From positions 3,680,001 to 3,744,000 of the forward strand of contig OZ245817.1 of assembly GCA_965228475.1 (NCBI GenBank): a stretch of 64,000 nucleotides of DNA, in the 5' to 3' direction. The stretch comes from Myxococcota bacterium. GTDB taxonomy: Bacteria > Myxococcota_A > UBA9160 > JAFDDA01. Position numbers and translations under genes: made by a program. This document shows positions 18,682 through 28,100 of the stretch, one piece after another. Under the pieces are notes generated by a model, which worked only from the letters and a program-made list of their open reading frames with translations, was not told the origin of the DNA and searched no databases. Position 1 is the stretch's first letter; every line of letters begins with the position of its first letter.

Positions 18682-18762
18682 CGCCCTCCCTCCCTCGTTC
18701 CTCCGGATTTCGGATCGCGCGCGTGCCTGACCCGAAACAGGCTCCGGATGCCGCGGAAGACC

Positions 18763-18792
18763 ATCCTACCATGAACTGACGCACCGTCAGAT
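18763..18792 (-). promoter_or_regulatory. Promoter/operator of the acyl-CoA dehydrogenase operon
   Basis: Minus-strand extended -10 TGG-TAGGAT (18771-18763). Palindrome CTGACG-CAC-CGTCAG at 18776-18790 covers the -35 position. Same motif as at 8381-8397. Confidence 0.65.
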
Positions 18793-18825
18793 TTCCGACC
18801 AGATCTCTCGACGCGGGCGCCCCTG

Positions 18826-18856
18826 CTCAAGGGCTGCCGCTCCCCTTCCGATTTTC
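18826..18856 (+). promoter_or_regulatory. Sigma-28 (FliA)-like promoter
   Basis: CTCAAG-N15-TCCGATTTTC. A near-identical element lies at 33950-33980. Confidence 0.55.
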
Positions 18857-19040
18857 TCCGCGCCGGCCGGTGCGCACGGCCCGGCAGGCGCCCGACGGCA
18901 CGCCAAGGATGGCCTCGTCGGGCGCCGACCTTCGGGTCTCGGCGGCTCGGGCCTTTCCAACGCAACCGTCCCGCCCGTCCCGCCGACTGCGGCCGCTTTC
19001 TCCGGCAGGCCACACGCAGGACTCAACCCCAAGCCCCTTC

Positions 19041-19082
19041 CGGACGAAGCGTTCTTCATGGCGGACGAAGCGTTCCCCATGG
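19041..19082 (+). repeat. 2 x 21-bp tandem repeat spanning the start region of the protease gene
   Basis: CGGACGAAGCGTTCTTCATGG then CGGACGAAGCGTTCCCCATGG. Each copy supplies an in-frame ATG (19058, 19079). Confidence 0.8.
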
Positions 19083-19939
19083 CGAAGCGCGAAGCGCTCC
19101 GGAAATCGAAGCCCGGGCTCGCGCGGCGAGCGCGCGCGGGCGCGACCCTGTTCTTCGCGGGTGCGCCGCTGCTCGGGCTGCTCGGCTGCGTCCGGGTGCC
19201 CCCGCCGATCACGCTGCTGACCACGCCGGAGCCCCTCACGATCCGCACGCCGTACCCTGCCCTCCGGCTGCACGAAGCCCCGAGCCCGCGTGCCACCTTC
19301 ACCTGGGCGAACGGGGGCGACTACGACTTCTTCGGAACGCCGCCCGTCGGCGACCCGTGGAGCTACCGCATCGGCGGCTGGCAGGTTCGCCAGCAGGCCG
19401 CCCAGGGCTTCCTGCCGCTGCCCGCCCACCCGCGCCTTCCCCCCGTCGCGGCCGAACCGCTGATGCTGCGCGAGACGCCTCGGGCTTCCGGGGCGCTCGG
19501 CCGCCGCTACCGCAACTTCCTCCGCTTCGATGCCCCCTTCGCAGGGACGCAGCGCCAGCGCGCCGAGGCCGTGCTCGACTTCGTCCAGGGCGAGGCGCGC
19601 ACGCGCTTCGTCGAGGACGGGCCGATCGACCACTGGCCGACGCTCACCGAGATGCTCGCCGCGGAGGGCGACGACTGCGACGGCTTCGAATTGCTCGCGA
19701 ACCATGCGCTGCGCGAACTCGGCTTCGGCGACGCCTACGTCTACCGCGCGATCCTCCGGCGGCCGCGCTCCGGCGAGCATCACATGGTGACGCTGTGGTT
19801 CGAGGATCCGGACGACCCCTGGGTCCTCGACCCGACGGCGACCATCACGACCCGGCTCCAGCGGCTGTCGGAGCTGCGCGGATGGGAGCCCCTCAAGATG
19901 TTCACCGAGACGCGCAACTTCACGGTCGTCCCGCGCTAG
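19058..19939 (+). CDS. Transglutaminase-like cysteine protease (BTLCP/LapG-like), probable lipoprotein
   Basis: HWPTLTEML..EGDDCDGF, HHMVTLW and PWVLDPT give a Cys-His-Asp triad; LLGC lipobox. Start could be 19079. Confidence 0.72.
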   Translation: MADEAFPMAKREALRKSKPGLARRARAGATLFFAGAPLLGLLGCVRVPPPITLLTTPEPLTIRTPYPALRLHEAPSPRATFTWANGGDYDFFGTPPVGDPWSYRIGGWQVRQQAAQGFLPLPAHPRLPPVAAEPLMLRETPRASGALGRRYRNFLRFDAPFAGTQRQRAEAVLDFVQGEARTRFVEDGPIDHWPTLTEMLAAEGDDCDGFELLANHALRELGFGDAYVYRAILRRPRSGEHHMVTLWFEDPDDPWVLDPTATITTRLQRLSELRGWEPLKMFTETRNFTVVPR

Positions 19940-20006
19940 ATCGCGGCCCGCGAGTCCGCCGACGCTCCCAACCCCCGCCCGTGTAGAATCCGGGCGAGGT
20001 CGCGTC

Positions 20007-21632
20007 ATGCCCTTCCCCGACTACGAGCCGGCCCTCCCGGCCTTCCTCGAACGTCTCGCCGCTCGCGGCGACCGGGAGCTGATCGTCCAGGACGATCGCC
20101 GCCTGACCTACGCCGAAGCCGAGCAGCGCTCCGCCCGGCTCGCGCGCGGCCTGCTCGGGCTCGGTGTGGGCAAGGGAAGCCACGTCGGGATCCTCTTCCC
20201 GAACGGGCCCGAGTGGGTGCTCGCCTTCCTGGCGACGTGCCGCATCGGTGCCGTCGCGGTCCCGATCAACACCTTCTACAAGGCGCGCGAGCTCGGCTGG
20301 ACCCTGCGCCACGCCGACGTGCACACGCTGCTCACGGCCGACGCGTTCCTCGGCAACGACTACCTCGCGCGGCTCGAGGAGGCGGCCCCCTCCCTCACAG
20401 GGGCTGCGAGCGCGAGCGAACCGCTGCGTGCGCCGGAGCTGCCCTTCCTGCGCAACGTGGCCGTGGCGGGCGACGGCGGGCGTCCCTTCGCGCACCGCTT
20501 CGAGGATCTCGAGGACCGACCCGGCGAGAGCGAAGCCCTGCTCAGCGAGGTGGAACGGGAGGTCTGCCCCGCGGACACGATGCTCCTGCTCTACAGCTCG
20601 GGCAGCACGGCCGCACCCAAGGGGGCGCTTCACACCCACGAGACCGTGCTTCGCCACTCCTTCAACCTGACGGCCCACCGCGACCTCAAGGAGAGCGACC
20701 GCGTCTGGTCGCCGATGCCGTTCTTCTGGGTCGGAGGTCTCGTCTTCGCCTTCCTCGGGAACCTCCAGGCCGGCGCGACGACGCTGTGCGAAGAGCGATT
20801 CGAGCCCGGCCAGACCCTGGCGTTCCTGGAACGGGAACGCGCGACCGTGGCCGTCGGCTGGCCACACTTCGGGCAGGCCCTCGCGAGCCACCCCGATGCC
20901 GCGACCCGCGACCTCTCGGCCCTCCGGGCCGGCAACGTGCCGGAGATCCTGCCTCCGGAACTCGTCCCCCTCGACCCGCGGCGGCGCAGCAACGCCCTCG
21001 GCATGACCGAGACGTGCGGGCCCCACACCTGGAGCGAGGGGCCGCTCCCCGAGGCGCTCGCGGGCTCCTTCGGACGCGCCGTTCCGGGCGTCGAGCACAA
21101 GGTGATCGACCCGGAGACCGGCGCGACCCTCCCGCCCGGCGAGTTCGGCGAGATCTGCATCCGCGGCTACAGCCTCATGCAGGGGCTCTACAAGATCCCA
21201 CGAAGCGAGACCTTCGAAGAGGACGGCTTCTACCGGACGGGCGACGGAGGCTCCTTCGACGAGAACGGCATCCTCTGGTTCCAGGCGCGCCTCGGCGACA
21301 TGATCAAGACCGGCGGCGCGAACGTCACACCGGCGGAGGTCGAGGGGGTGCTCGCGAGCGACCCGGAGGTTCGTGCGGCCTTCGTGGTCGGGCTTCCGGA
21401 TCCCGAGCGCGGCCAGAACGTCGCGGCGGCGGTCGTGCTGGAAACCGGTTTCGAGACGCCTGCCGCGGAGCTGAAGGCGCGCGTGAAGCGGGAGCTCTCC
21501 GCCTACAAGGTCCCTCGCCATCTCTGGGTCTTCGCGGACGGCACCCTGCCCTTCACCGACAGCGGGAAGATCGACAAGAAGCGGCTGACCGCCCTGCTCG
21601 AGGAGCGCGTCGCCGCGGGGGATATGGGCTAG
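20007..21632 (+). CDS. Acyl-CoA synthetase / AMP-binding enzyme
   Basis: YSSGSTAAPKG, GMTET, GFYRTGD, RLGDMIKTGGANV and SGKIDK motifs. Confidence 0.92.
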   Translation: MPFPDYEPALPAFLERLAARGDRELIVQDDRRLTYAEAEQRSARLARGLLGLGVGKGSHVGILFPNGPEWVLAFLATCRIGAVAVPINTFYKARELGWTLRHADVHTLLTADAFLGNDYLARLEEAAPSLTGAASASEPLRAPELPFLRNVAVAGDGGRPFAHRFEDLEDRPGESEALLSEVEREVCPADTMLLLYSSGSTAAPKGALHTHETVLRHSFNLTAHRDLKESDRVWSPMPFFWVGGLVFAFLGNLQAGATTLCEERFEPGQTLAFLERERATVAVGWPHFGQALASHPDAATRDLSALRAGNVPEILPPELVPLDPRRRSNALGMTETCGPHTWSEGPLPEALAGSFGRAVPGVEHKVIDPETGATLPPGEFGEICIRGYSLMQGLYKIPRSETFEEDGFYRTGDGGSFDENGILWFQARLGDMIKTGGANVTPAEVEGVLASDPEVRAAFVVGLPDPERGQNVAAAVVLETGFETPAAELKARVKRELSAYKVPRHLWVFADGTLPFTDSGKIDKKRLTALLEERVAAGDMG

Positions 21633-21853
21633 TCCGGGTCGACTTCCTGGCCGGCCTCGTCGAAGAGGCGGATCGCCAGCGCCGGGCAGGCGCGCGCGAC
21701 CGCGCGCTTTCGTTCGTCGGAGAGGGCCGCCGCGCCGTCGATGGCTTCGACGAGGTGGTCCGCATCGAGCCGGAACGCCTCGGGCGCCTCCTTGGCACAG
21801 TGCCCCGAGCTCTGACAGCTCTCGCGGTCCGCCTCGACGCGCAGCCCGGCCAC
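21629..21853 (-). CDS. Single-cluster ([3Fe-4S]-type) ferredoxin
   Basis: VEADRESCQSSGHCAKEAPEAF..ARACPALAI fits CxxxxxC..CP. It is the C-terminal part of track ORF 21629..23047. Confidence 0.85.
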   Translation of the reverse strand: MAGLRVEADRESCQSSGHCAKEAPEAFRLDADHLVEAIDGAAALSDERKRAVARACPALAIRLFDEAGQEVDPD

Positions 21854-21858
21854 GGCCG

Positions 21859-22719
21859 CTACCCCTCGCCCAGCGCGAAGCGCGCGAGGACTTCGCGGAA
21901 ACCTTCGGGGTTGTCGACCATGACCGAGTGCCCGGCCCGCGCGACGATGGCGAGCTCGCCCTTCGGGAGCTTCTCCTCCATCCGGTCGGCCACCTCCGGC
22001 GAGAGCACGTCGCTCGCGGCGCCGCGCACCACCAGGGCCGGGCACGGCACCCGCCCGAGCGCGTCCCAGAGCGCCTCGGTCTCTTCGCGCGCGTAGCGCT
22101 CGGCGTCCTCGGGGCTTCGACTCTCGCGCAGGGCCTTCATGTCGAGCCGGAGCTTCATCTCGAAGCGGCCGTCCGGGCGCTCCCGAAGCTCGTGGCGCGC
22201 CATGCGCGCGACCGCTTCGGCCTTCGCCGCGGGATAGTTGCGTGCGAGCAGGCGCTCGTACTCGTCGACCGATTCGAAGACCGGCTCCTGGCGCACGGCC
22301 TCGGTCGTGATGCGGGAGACGCCGCGCTCGTCGAGTTCGGGCCCGGCATCGACCACGATGAGCCCCGCCAGGCGATCGGGGTTGCGCCCGGCGAAGCGCA
22401 TCGAGACGCGGCCGCCCATCGAGTGCCCGCACAGCACGAGACGTTCGATGCCGAGGCTCTCGCAGACCGCTTCGACATCCCGGGCCATCGTCTCGTGGTC
22501 GTAGCCGCCGTCGGGATCGGCCTCCGACTCCCCGTGCCCGCGTTGGTCGAGGGCCAGCACGCGGTAGTGCTCGGCGAGCATCGGCGCGACGTCGTCCCAG
22601 ATGTGCGCCTCGTTCGAGAAACCGTGCAGGAAGAGAAAGGGCACGCCCTCCTCGCTCCACTCGAGGAGGCGCAACGAAAGACCGTCGGCGCCGGGCACGT
22701 TTCGGGAGGTGGGTTGCAT
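21859..22719 (-). CDS. Alpha/beta-fold hydrolase
   Basis: FLHGF, DQRGHGES, GHSMGG nucleophile elbow, SD and AGH catalytic positions. Confidence 0.9.
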   Translation of the reverse strand: MQPTSRNVPGADGLSLRLLEWSEEGVPFLFLHGFSNEAHIWDDVAPMLAEHYRVLALDQRGHGESEADPDGGYDHETMARDVEAVCESLGIERLVLCGHSMGGRVSMRFAGRNPDRLAGLIVVDAGPELDERGVSRITTEAVRQEPVFESVDEYERLLARNYPAAKAEAVARMARHELRERPDGRFEMKLRLDMKALRESRSPEDAERYAREETEALWDALGRVPCPALVVRGAASDVLSPEVADRMEEKLPKGELAIVARAGHSVMVDNPEGFREVLARFALGEG

Positions 22720-22808
22720 GTCGGTTTCCGATCGCACCAAGGGTTCGGCCGGATTCAAGCACGAAGCGTCCCTTCTGGAAAGCGAGAGGTTCGCTTAGAC
22801 TGGCCGCG

Positions 22809-23075
22809 ATGTCCGACTCCGAACGAGACCTCCCGGTCGCGAAGCCGACCGCCGAAGCCCGTGCGGCCGCATGGCTGCGCGAGGTCGATGGCCGGCTGAT
22901 GCGCAAGCGCGAAGATCCGGACGGTCCCGAGGGCTGGGTCGCCATCGTGAAGACGCCCGCCGCCACGGCGAAGCGCTCCCAGGTGATTCTCGGCTTCGGC
23001 GATTCCCCCGTGGCTGCCGTGTCGACGGCGCGCGAAGCCTGGATCACGGCCTCACAGACGCGGACGGTCCACTAG
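22809..23075 (+). CDS. Hypothetical protein (88 aa)
   Basis: Protein-like composition, fills the gap between genes, TAGACT 7 nt before ATG, shares a CTAG stop with the convergent gene. Confidence 0.65.
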   Translation: MSDSERDLPVAKPTAEARAAAWLREVDGRLMRKREDPDGPEGWVAIVKTPAATAKRSQVILGFGDSPVAAVSTAREAWITASQTRTVH

Positions 23076-23677
23076 CCAGCGACGCCGCGCGAGGCGTTTC
23101 CCGAGAGCCGGACCCGATGGAGCGACGGGTCGGCGCAGGCCTGCATCGCCTCGAGATCGAGCCCGCCGCCGAGGAACGCCGCGATGCGCTCGCACGCCGC
23201 GCGAGGCGCGTGGACGAGCTCCCGGTGCTCGAGGTCGAGACACGCGACGTCGAGGCGCCCCTCTAGCTGCGCCCGCGTCTCCACGGCCTGGTGCGAGAGG
23301 ATCGCCGCGACGCGCTCGTCCGAGAGGCCGTCCTCGGCGGGCGTGCCGAGCCTCGCGAGCAGTTCGGCCTGGGAGCGGACCGTCTCGAGCGGGTCTCGCC
23401 GCAGCCACAGGACCCGGTATAGAGGGCCCTCGGGCAGGTGCCGCACGGGCGGATGGACGACCTTCACGCAGCGTCCCGGCGCATCGGCGAGCCAGGCCGC
23501 GTCGCTCGGCAGACGCTTCACCGCTTCGAGTTCGAAATACCCGCGAGGGTTTCCGTCGTCGGCGGGCCGCTCCCCATCGGTGAGCGGCTCGATGCCCCCG
23601 GCGGCGAGCATCTGCATGAGCAACGAAGTGCCCGAGCGCGGAAGTCCCGAGACGACGGTGACGAAGGGGTGCGACAC
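23072..23677 (-). CDS. Sulfotransferase-family protein
   Basis: 5'-PSB loop VSGLPRSGTSLLMQML, GNPRGYFE and LRRDPLETVRS motifs. Confidence 0.8.
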   Translation of the reverse strand: MSHPFVTVVSGLPRSGTSLLMQMLAAGGIEPLTDGERPADDGNPRGYFELEAVKRLPSDAAWLADAPGRCVKVVHPPVRHLPEGPLYRVLWLRRDPLETVRSQAELLARLGTPAEDGLSDERVAAILSHQAVETRAQLEGRLDVACLDLEHRELVHAPRAACERIAAFLGGGLDLEAMQACADPSLHRVRLSGNASRGVAG

Positions 23678-23724
23678 GCGGCGAGCCTAGCCCGCGCGGC
23701 CGCGGCGGTCGGCCCCGCGCTTGC

Positions 23725-24468
23725 CTAGCGGACGAGGCGGAGGACGATGCCCGGGCGGACCGCCTGGGTGCGCGCGGCCGAGCCGGCGTCGTCGACGACC
23801 TGCTCGCGCAGTGCCGAGGCGTTGGCGAGGGCGCCGGATACCTCCCCGGGCGAGGCGTGGGCGGCCGCCACGTTCTCCCGGGCAACGCTCGTCTGGGCGA
23901 TCTCGGCCTCGAGCGCCCTTCCCCGATCGGCCAGCTCCTCGCGGAGCCGGTCGACGGCTTCGAGGGCGGTGTCGATGCGTTCGACGGCGTCCGGCGCCTC
24001 CGGGTCGAGCGCGTCCACGCCGAGCGCCTCGGCCGACGCGTCGGCCAGCGCGCCACGGCCCGCGAGAAGGGGCTGACCCACGTAGTCGGCGTTCTCGGCG
24101 ACCCGCGTCACTTCGAGGGCGAGCGCCGAGAGCTTGCCGTGGCGGTCCCGCGCTGCCGCGGAACGTGCGCCCTCGGAAGCCAGCGCGCGCATTTCCCGCA
24201 GGGCCGAGAGCGTTTCCGAGAGCGCACTCCGGGCCACGCGCAGCCCGCTGGCGTCGCGTTCGAGCGCGTCCGCCTGCCGCAGCGCCATTTCATCGACGAC
24301 GGCCAGCCAGCGTTCGAGCGCGACGCGATCGCCCTCGGGTGAGCGGGCGCCTCTCGCGACGGCACCCCCCGCGACGAGCCTCGCCAGGGCGCTCCCGAAG
24401 GACGGGTTCCGACGATGCTGGCGCAGCGGGATCACGTTCCCGATCCTGCGTTTCGTGTCCTGTCCCAC
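23725..24468 (-). CDS. Highly divergent flagellin-like protein
   Basis: Collinear resemblance to flagellin N- and C-terminal helices: SALARLVAG, ALSETLSALREMRALASE, EVTRVAENADYVGQPLLAG, RIDTALEAVDRLREELA, RENVAAA, QVVDDAGSAARTQAVRPGIVLRLVR. GTG 24468 follows GGGAG; 24435 is an alternative start. Confidence 0.72.
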   Translation of the reverse strand: MGQDTKRRIGNVIPLRQHRRNPSFGSALARLVAGGAVARGARSPEGDRVALERWLAVVDEMALRQADALERDASGLRVARSALSETLSALREMRALASEGARSAAARDRHGKLSALALEVTRVAENADYVGQPLLAGRGALADASAEALGVDALDPEAPDAVERIDTALEAVDRLREELADRGRALEAEIAQTSVARENVAAAHASPGEVSGALANASALREQVVDDAGSAARTQAVRPGIVLRLVR

Positions 24469-24657
24469 GGCGACTCCCGCGCCCGAGAGCACCCTCCGCC
24501 GCTCTCCTGGAAGACATCGCCCGCTGCGCGCAGCGAGCGAGGGGGGAAGAACCCAGAACCGGCGGCCCGCGCGTGACGCGAGAGCAGGCCGCGCGCAGCG
24601 GATCGGCGCCCGGCGTGATGGCGGCCGAAACCGGCTCCGCGCCGTCGGAGGCGGACG

Positions 24658-25176
24658 TTGAGCGCCGACACGCGGCCGCTCGCGCGTCGCGCCCTCGACG
24701 CCGCGACGCGCGCCGTCCTGCGCATCGGCTTCTCCCTGCTGAAGCGCTGGTGGTGGCTGACCCATCCGACGATCGAAGGCGTCTACGTCGCCGTGCGGCG
24801 CGGCGACGACGTGCTCGTGATCCGCAACTCCTACCGGGCGGCGTACTCGTTCCCCTCGGGAAGGCGCGGCCGCAAGGAAGATCCGGCCCGGGCAGCGGCA
24901 CGCGAGCTCCGAGAGGAGGTCGGGATCGACGTTCCGCCGGAAGCGCTGCACGAGGTGGCCGAGGTGAAGCTCGAGACGAAGCTCGTCGACGATCACGTCC
25001 ACTTCTTCGAACTGCGGCTCACCGAGCCGCCGGCGATCCGGATCGACCGCCGCGAGGTCGTCTGGGCCGAGTTCGAGCCGCTCGCGAAGGCCCGCTCGCG
25101 CGAACTCCTCCCCCTGGTGCGGCGTTACGTCGAGGGCACCCTCGACGAGATCCGCGTCACGCCGGCGGGACGGTGA
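24658..25176 (+). CDS. NUDIX hydrolase
   Basis: Nudix box GRRGRKEDPARAAARELREEVGI. Confidence 0.85.
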   Translation: MSADTRPLARRALDAATRAVLRIGFSLLKRWWWLTHPTIEGVYVAVRRGDDVLVIRNSYRAAYSFPSGRRGRKEDPARAAARELREEVGIDVPPEALHEVAEVKLETKLVDDHVHFFELRLTEPPAIRIDRREVVWAEFEPLAKARSRELLPLVRRYVEGTLDEIRVTPAGR

Positions 25177-28100
25177 CGGCCTCTCCGCGCGAGAGGAACC
25201 AGAGCTCGAAGCGCGGGGCTTCTTCGAGGGCCAGCGCCTCGCGGACGGCGCGAACGTAGACCTCGCCCTGGGCGGCGTAGCGAGCGACGCGCTCGTCGAG
25301 CGCGGCGTCGGATTCGAGGACGTCGCTCTTGTAGTCCGCGACCACGAGAGCGCCATCTTCGTCGCGGTAGACCAGATCCACGGCGCCGACGACGTACCCG
25401 AGCGCCGGGTCCTCCTCCCCGGGAGGAAGCAGGACGGGGAGTTCGCGCGCCACCACGCGGGACTCGAGCGCTCGAAAACGCTCGAAGAGCGGCGTCTCGG
25501 CGAAGGCCGCGAGGGCGGCGTTCGCTTCGGCTTCGGCGTCTCCGAACCGCGCCGGAGGTAGGAGTCCAGCGAGCGTCGCAGCCATGACGCCGCGGGCCGC
25601 GACAAGCCCTTCTTCCCGGCCGGCCCCCTCGGGCCAGCGCTCGAGCGCCGCGTGCAGCGCCGTCCCGATCGCGGCGGCGGTCTCGGCCTCGCGCCCACTT
25701 TGCCTTCGACGGACGCCGCCGTCCTCGGTCGGGAAGTTCTCCTCGCGAGCCGCGTCGCGCTCCGCTTCGTGGGAGGACGCGGCGCGGGACCGCGCGCGCT
25801 GCTCGCGCGCGCGGGACTCTTCCCGCCGGGTCGCGAGAGCGGCTGCCTCGGACCGGATCGTGGCGAGATCCGGGAGCGGGTCGCCGGCAGCGGCCGCCAC
25901 GGCGAGCGCCGCCCGGGCCGGAGCGAGGGAAGGGAAACGCCAAAGCACACCGTTCTCGGAGCGCTCGGCGGCTTCGCCGCGCCCGGCGAGTTCGGCCATC
26001 CTCGTCTCCGCGCCCGCGCGCCGCTCGGCGAGGAGCGCGGCGTGGCTCCCCGAGAGCGAATCTCCCTTGATCGCATGCTTTCCGATCAGTACGAGCCGAT
26101 TCCGCGCGCGCGTCATCGCCACGTAGAGCGTGCGGACGCGCTCCGCCTCTTCGATCTGCTGGCGCTGCTCCTCGGCCTCACCGAAGCCGAGGGTCGGCAC
26201 GCCGAAGAGCTGGTACTCGCCCCGCTGGGGACCACGGCCCACCCGGGTCTGCGGCGAGCGCCCGCCCGCCCCGCGATGGAGCTGCGGGAGATAGACGTGG
26301 TCGAAGTCGAGCCCCTTGGCCTTGTGGATGCTCATGATGCGCACGGCGTCGTCGGCGGCTTCGCGGGGGCGCGCCTCCTCCACCTCGGCCTGGTTCTCCA
26401 CGGCGAGGCGGATGCGGCGAAGAACCTCCGATACGTCACCCCCCGTCTCCTCGAGGTCGCTCTGGACGTCGCGGAAGAACTGGTCGAGGTTCGCCACGCG
26501 ATAGGGGCCGAGGTAGCGGCCGGCTTCCGTCACCTCGATCAGCGTCCGCGTCCGCAGGGCTTCGATGAAGTCGTCCGAAGCCTCGGTGTGGAGCCGACGG
26601 CGAAGCTCGGCGAGCGCTTCGACTCCCTCCCACAACAACCCCTCCCAGCCCTCGATGCGACCGAGCCCCGGCGTCTCCGGTGCGACGGCAGCCGCTGCCT
26701 CGGCGATGCACGCGCGGAGTTCCTCGAGGCGGGCGGGGATCTGCTCCGACTCTTGCCCCTGGAGCGCCGACATCTTCTCCGGGAAACCCCTCGCCCAGAG
26801 CGGCACCCAGGCCGCGTCGGGGACGCCAACGGAGGCCGAGCGAAGCCAGGCGACCAGCGCCACGTGGTCGTGCGGGTCGAGCACCGTCCGTAGCAGCGCC
26901 GACGCCTCGATCACCTCGCGCCGCTGGAAGTAGCGGCGGTCCCGCTCGACGGTGTAGGGGACGCCCGCGTCTCGCAGGGCATCGAGGTAGGCGTCGACGT
27001 TCGTCATCGCCTTGAAGAGCACGGCGACGTCCCGCCAGGCAACGCCCTCGCCGTGCAGGCGCGTCACGTCCTCGGCCAGCGCCTGGGCCTCGATCTCCGT
27101 GGCCTCCGGGGCGCGGGTCTTGCCTGGCGCAGCGCCTTCCGCATCCCAACGCCAGGAGAGCCAATGCTCGATCTCCCCCGCGCCCTCGCGCTCGGCCAGG
27201 AGTTCCTGGAAGGGCGGCTGCACGCCGGGGCGCTCGACCATGACGCCTTCCATGCAACGCCCTACCTCCGCGAGCACGGCGGGCAGCGACCGGAAGTTCC
27301 GCGTCAGGTAGAGCCGCTCGCCTCCAGCCGCCTCGACCTTCGCCACGAACGCCTCGTAGGAACGCAGGTCGGCGCTCCGCCAGCCGTAGATCGATTGCCG
27401 CGGGTCGCCAACGAGGAAGAGGCCCGGCCTCGCCTCGGGCTCTCCCTGCAGGCCGAGCGCCTCGACGATGGCGCACTGCACGTCGTCCGTGTCCTGGAAC
27501 TCGTCGACGAGGAGCTGATCGATCCCTTCGCGGACCTTGCGCGCCACGTGCGGCTTTCCCTCGACGAGCTCGCGCGCGTCCGCGAGCAGTGCCGCGAAGG
27601 TCTCGATACCCGAGGTGCGGAGCCTCGCTTCGACCTCCGCGAGCAACGGGGTGAGGGCGTGGCGCCAGGTCTCGAGGGTCGACGGGTCGACCTTCAGCAC
27701 GTTGTCGAGTAGCGGGTGAAGCGAGCGACAGGCTGCGGAGGTGGGCTCGGCTCGGTCTCCGATCGCATCCGTCTTGCCAAAGTCACCCGAGGCCCACTCG
27801 TCGATCTTGTCGACGAAGTTCTCCTTCCAGATGTCCTGCAACCCGGAGACGAACTCGGAGTCGTCGAGTCGGTCCTCGAGGAGGCTCTGGGTATCTCCGA
27901 TCGAACCGAGTGCCCCCTGGTTCTTCGCGCCGCGGAGGCCGACCAGGCGGCCCTCCTCCGCCGCGACGAAGGCGGCGCATGCCGCGCGCAGCTTCTCCCG
28001 GAACCGACCGACCCGCTCCGGACTGAACGGATCCTCCTTCAGGCAAGACGAAGGGACGCCGGCCTGGACGAAGACGAGCAGCGCCTCCTCGACGTCTTGC

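Noticed and set aside
24469..24660. Sigma-28 promoter for the flagellin-like gene
   Set aside because: A minus-strand GCCGAT exists near 24602-24607, but no TCAAG/TAAA element lies at the right spacing.
23725..26076. 783-aa ORF as a large flagellin fusion
   Set aside because: The upstream portion overlaps addA out of frame and the NUDIX gene antisense. Only the last ~247 aa resemble flagellin.
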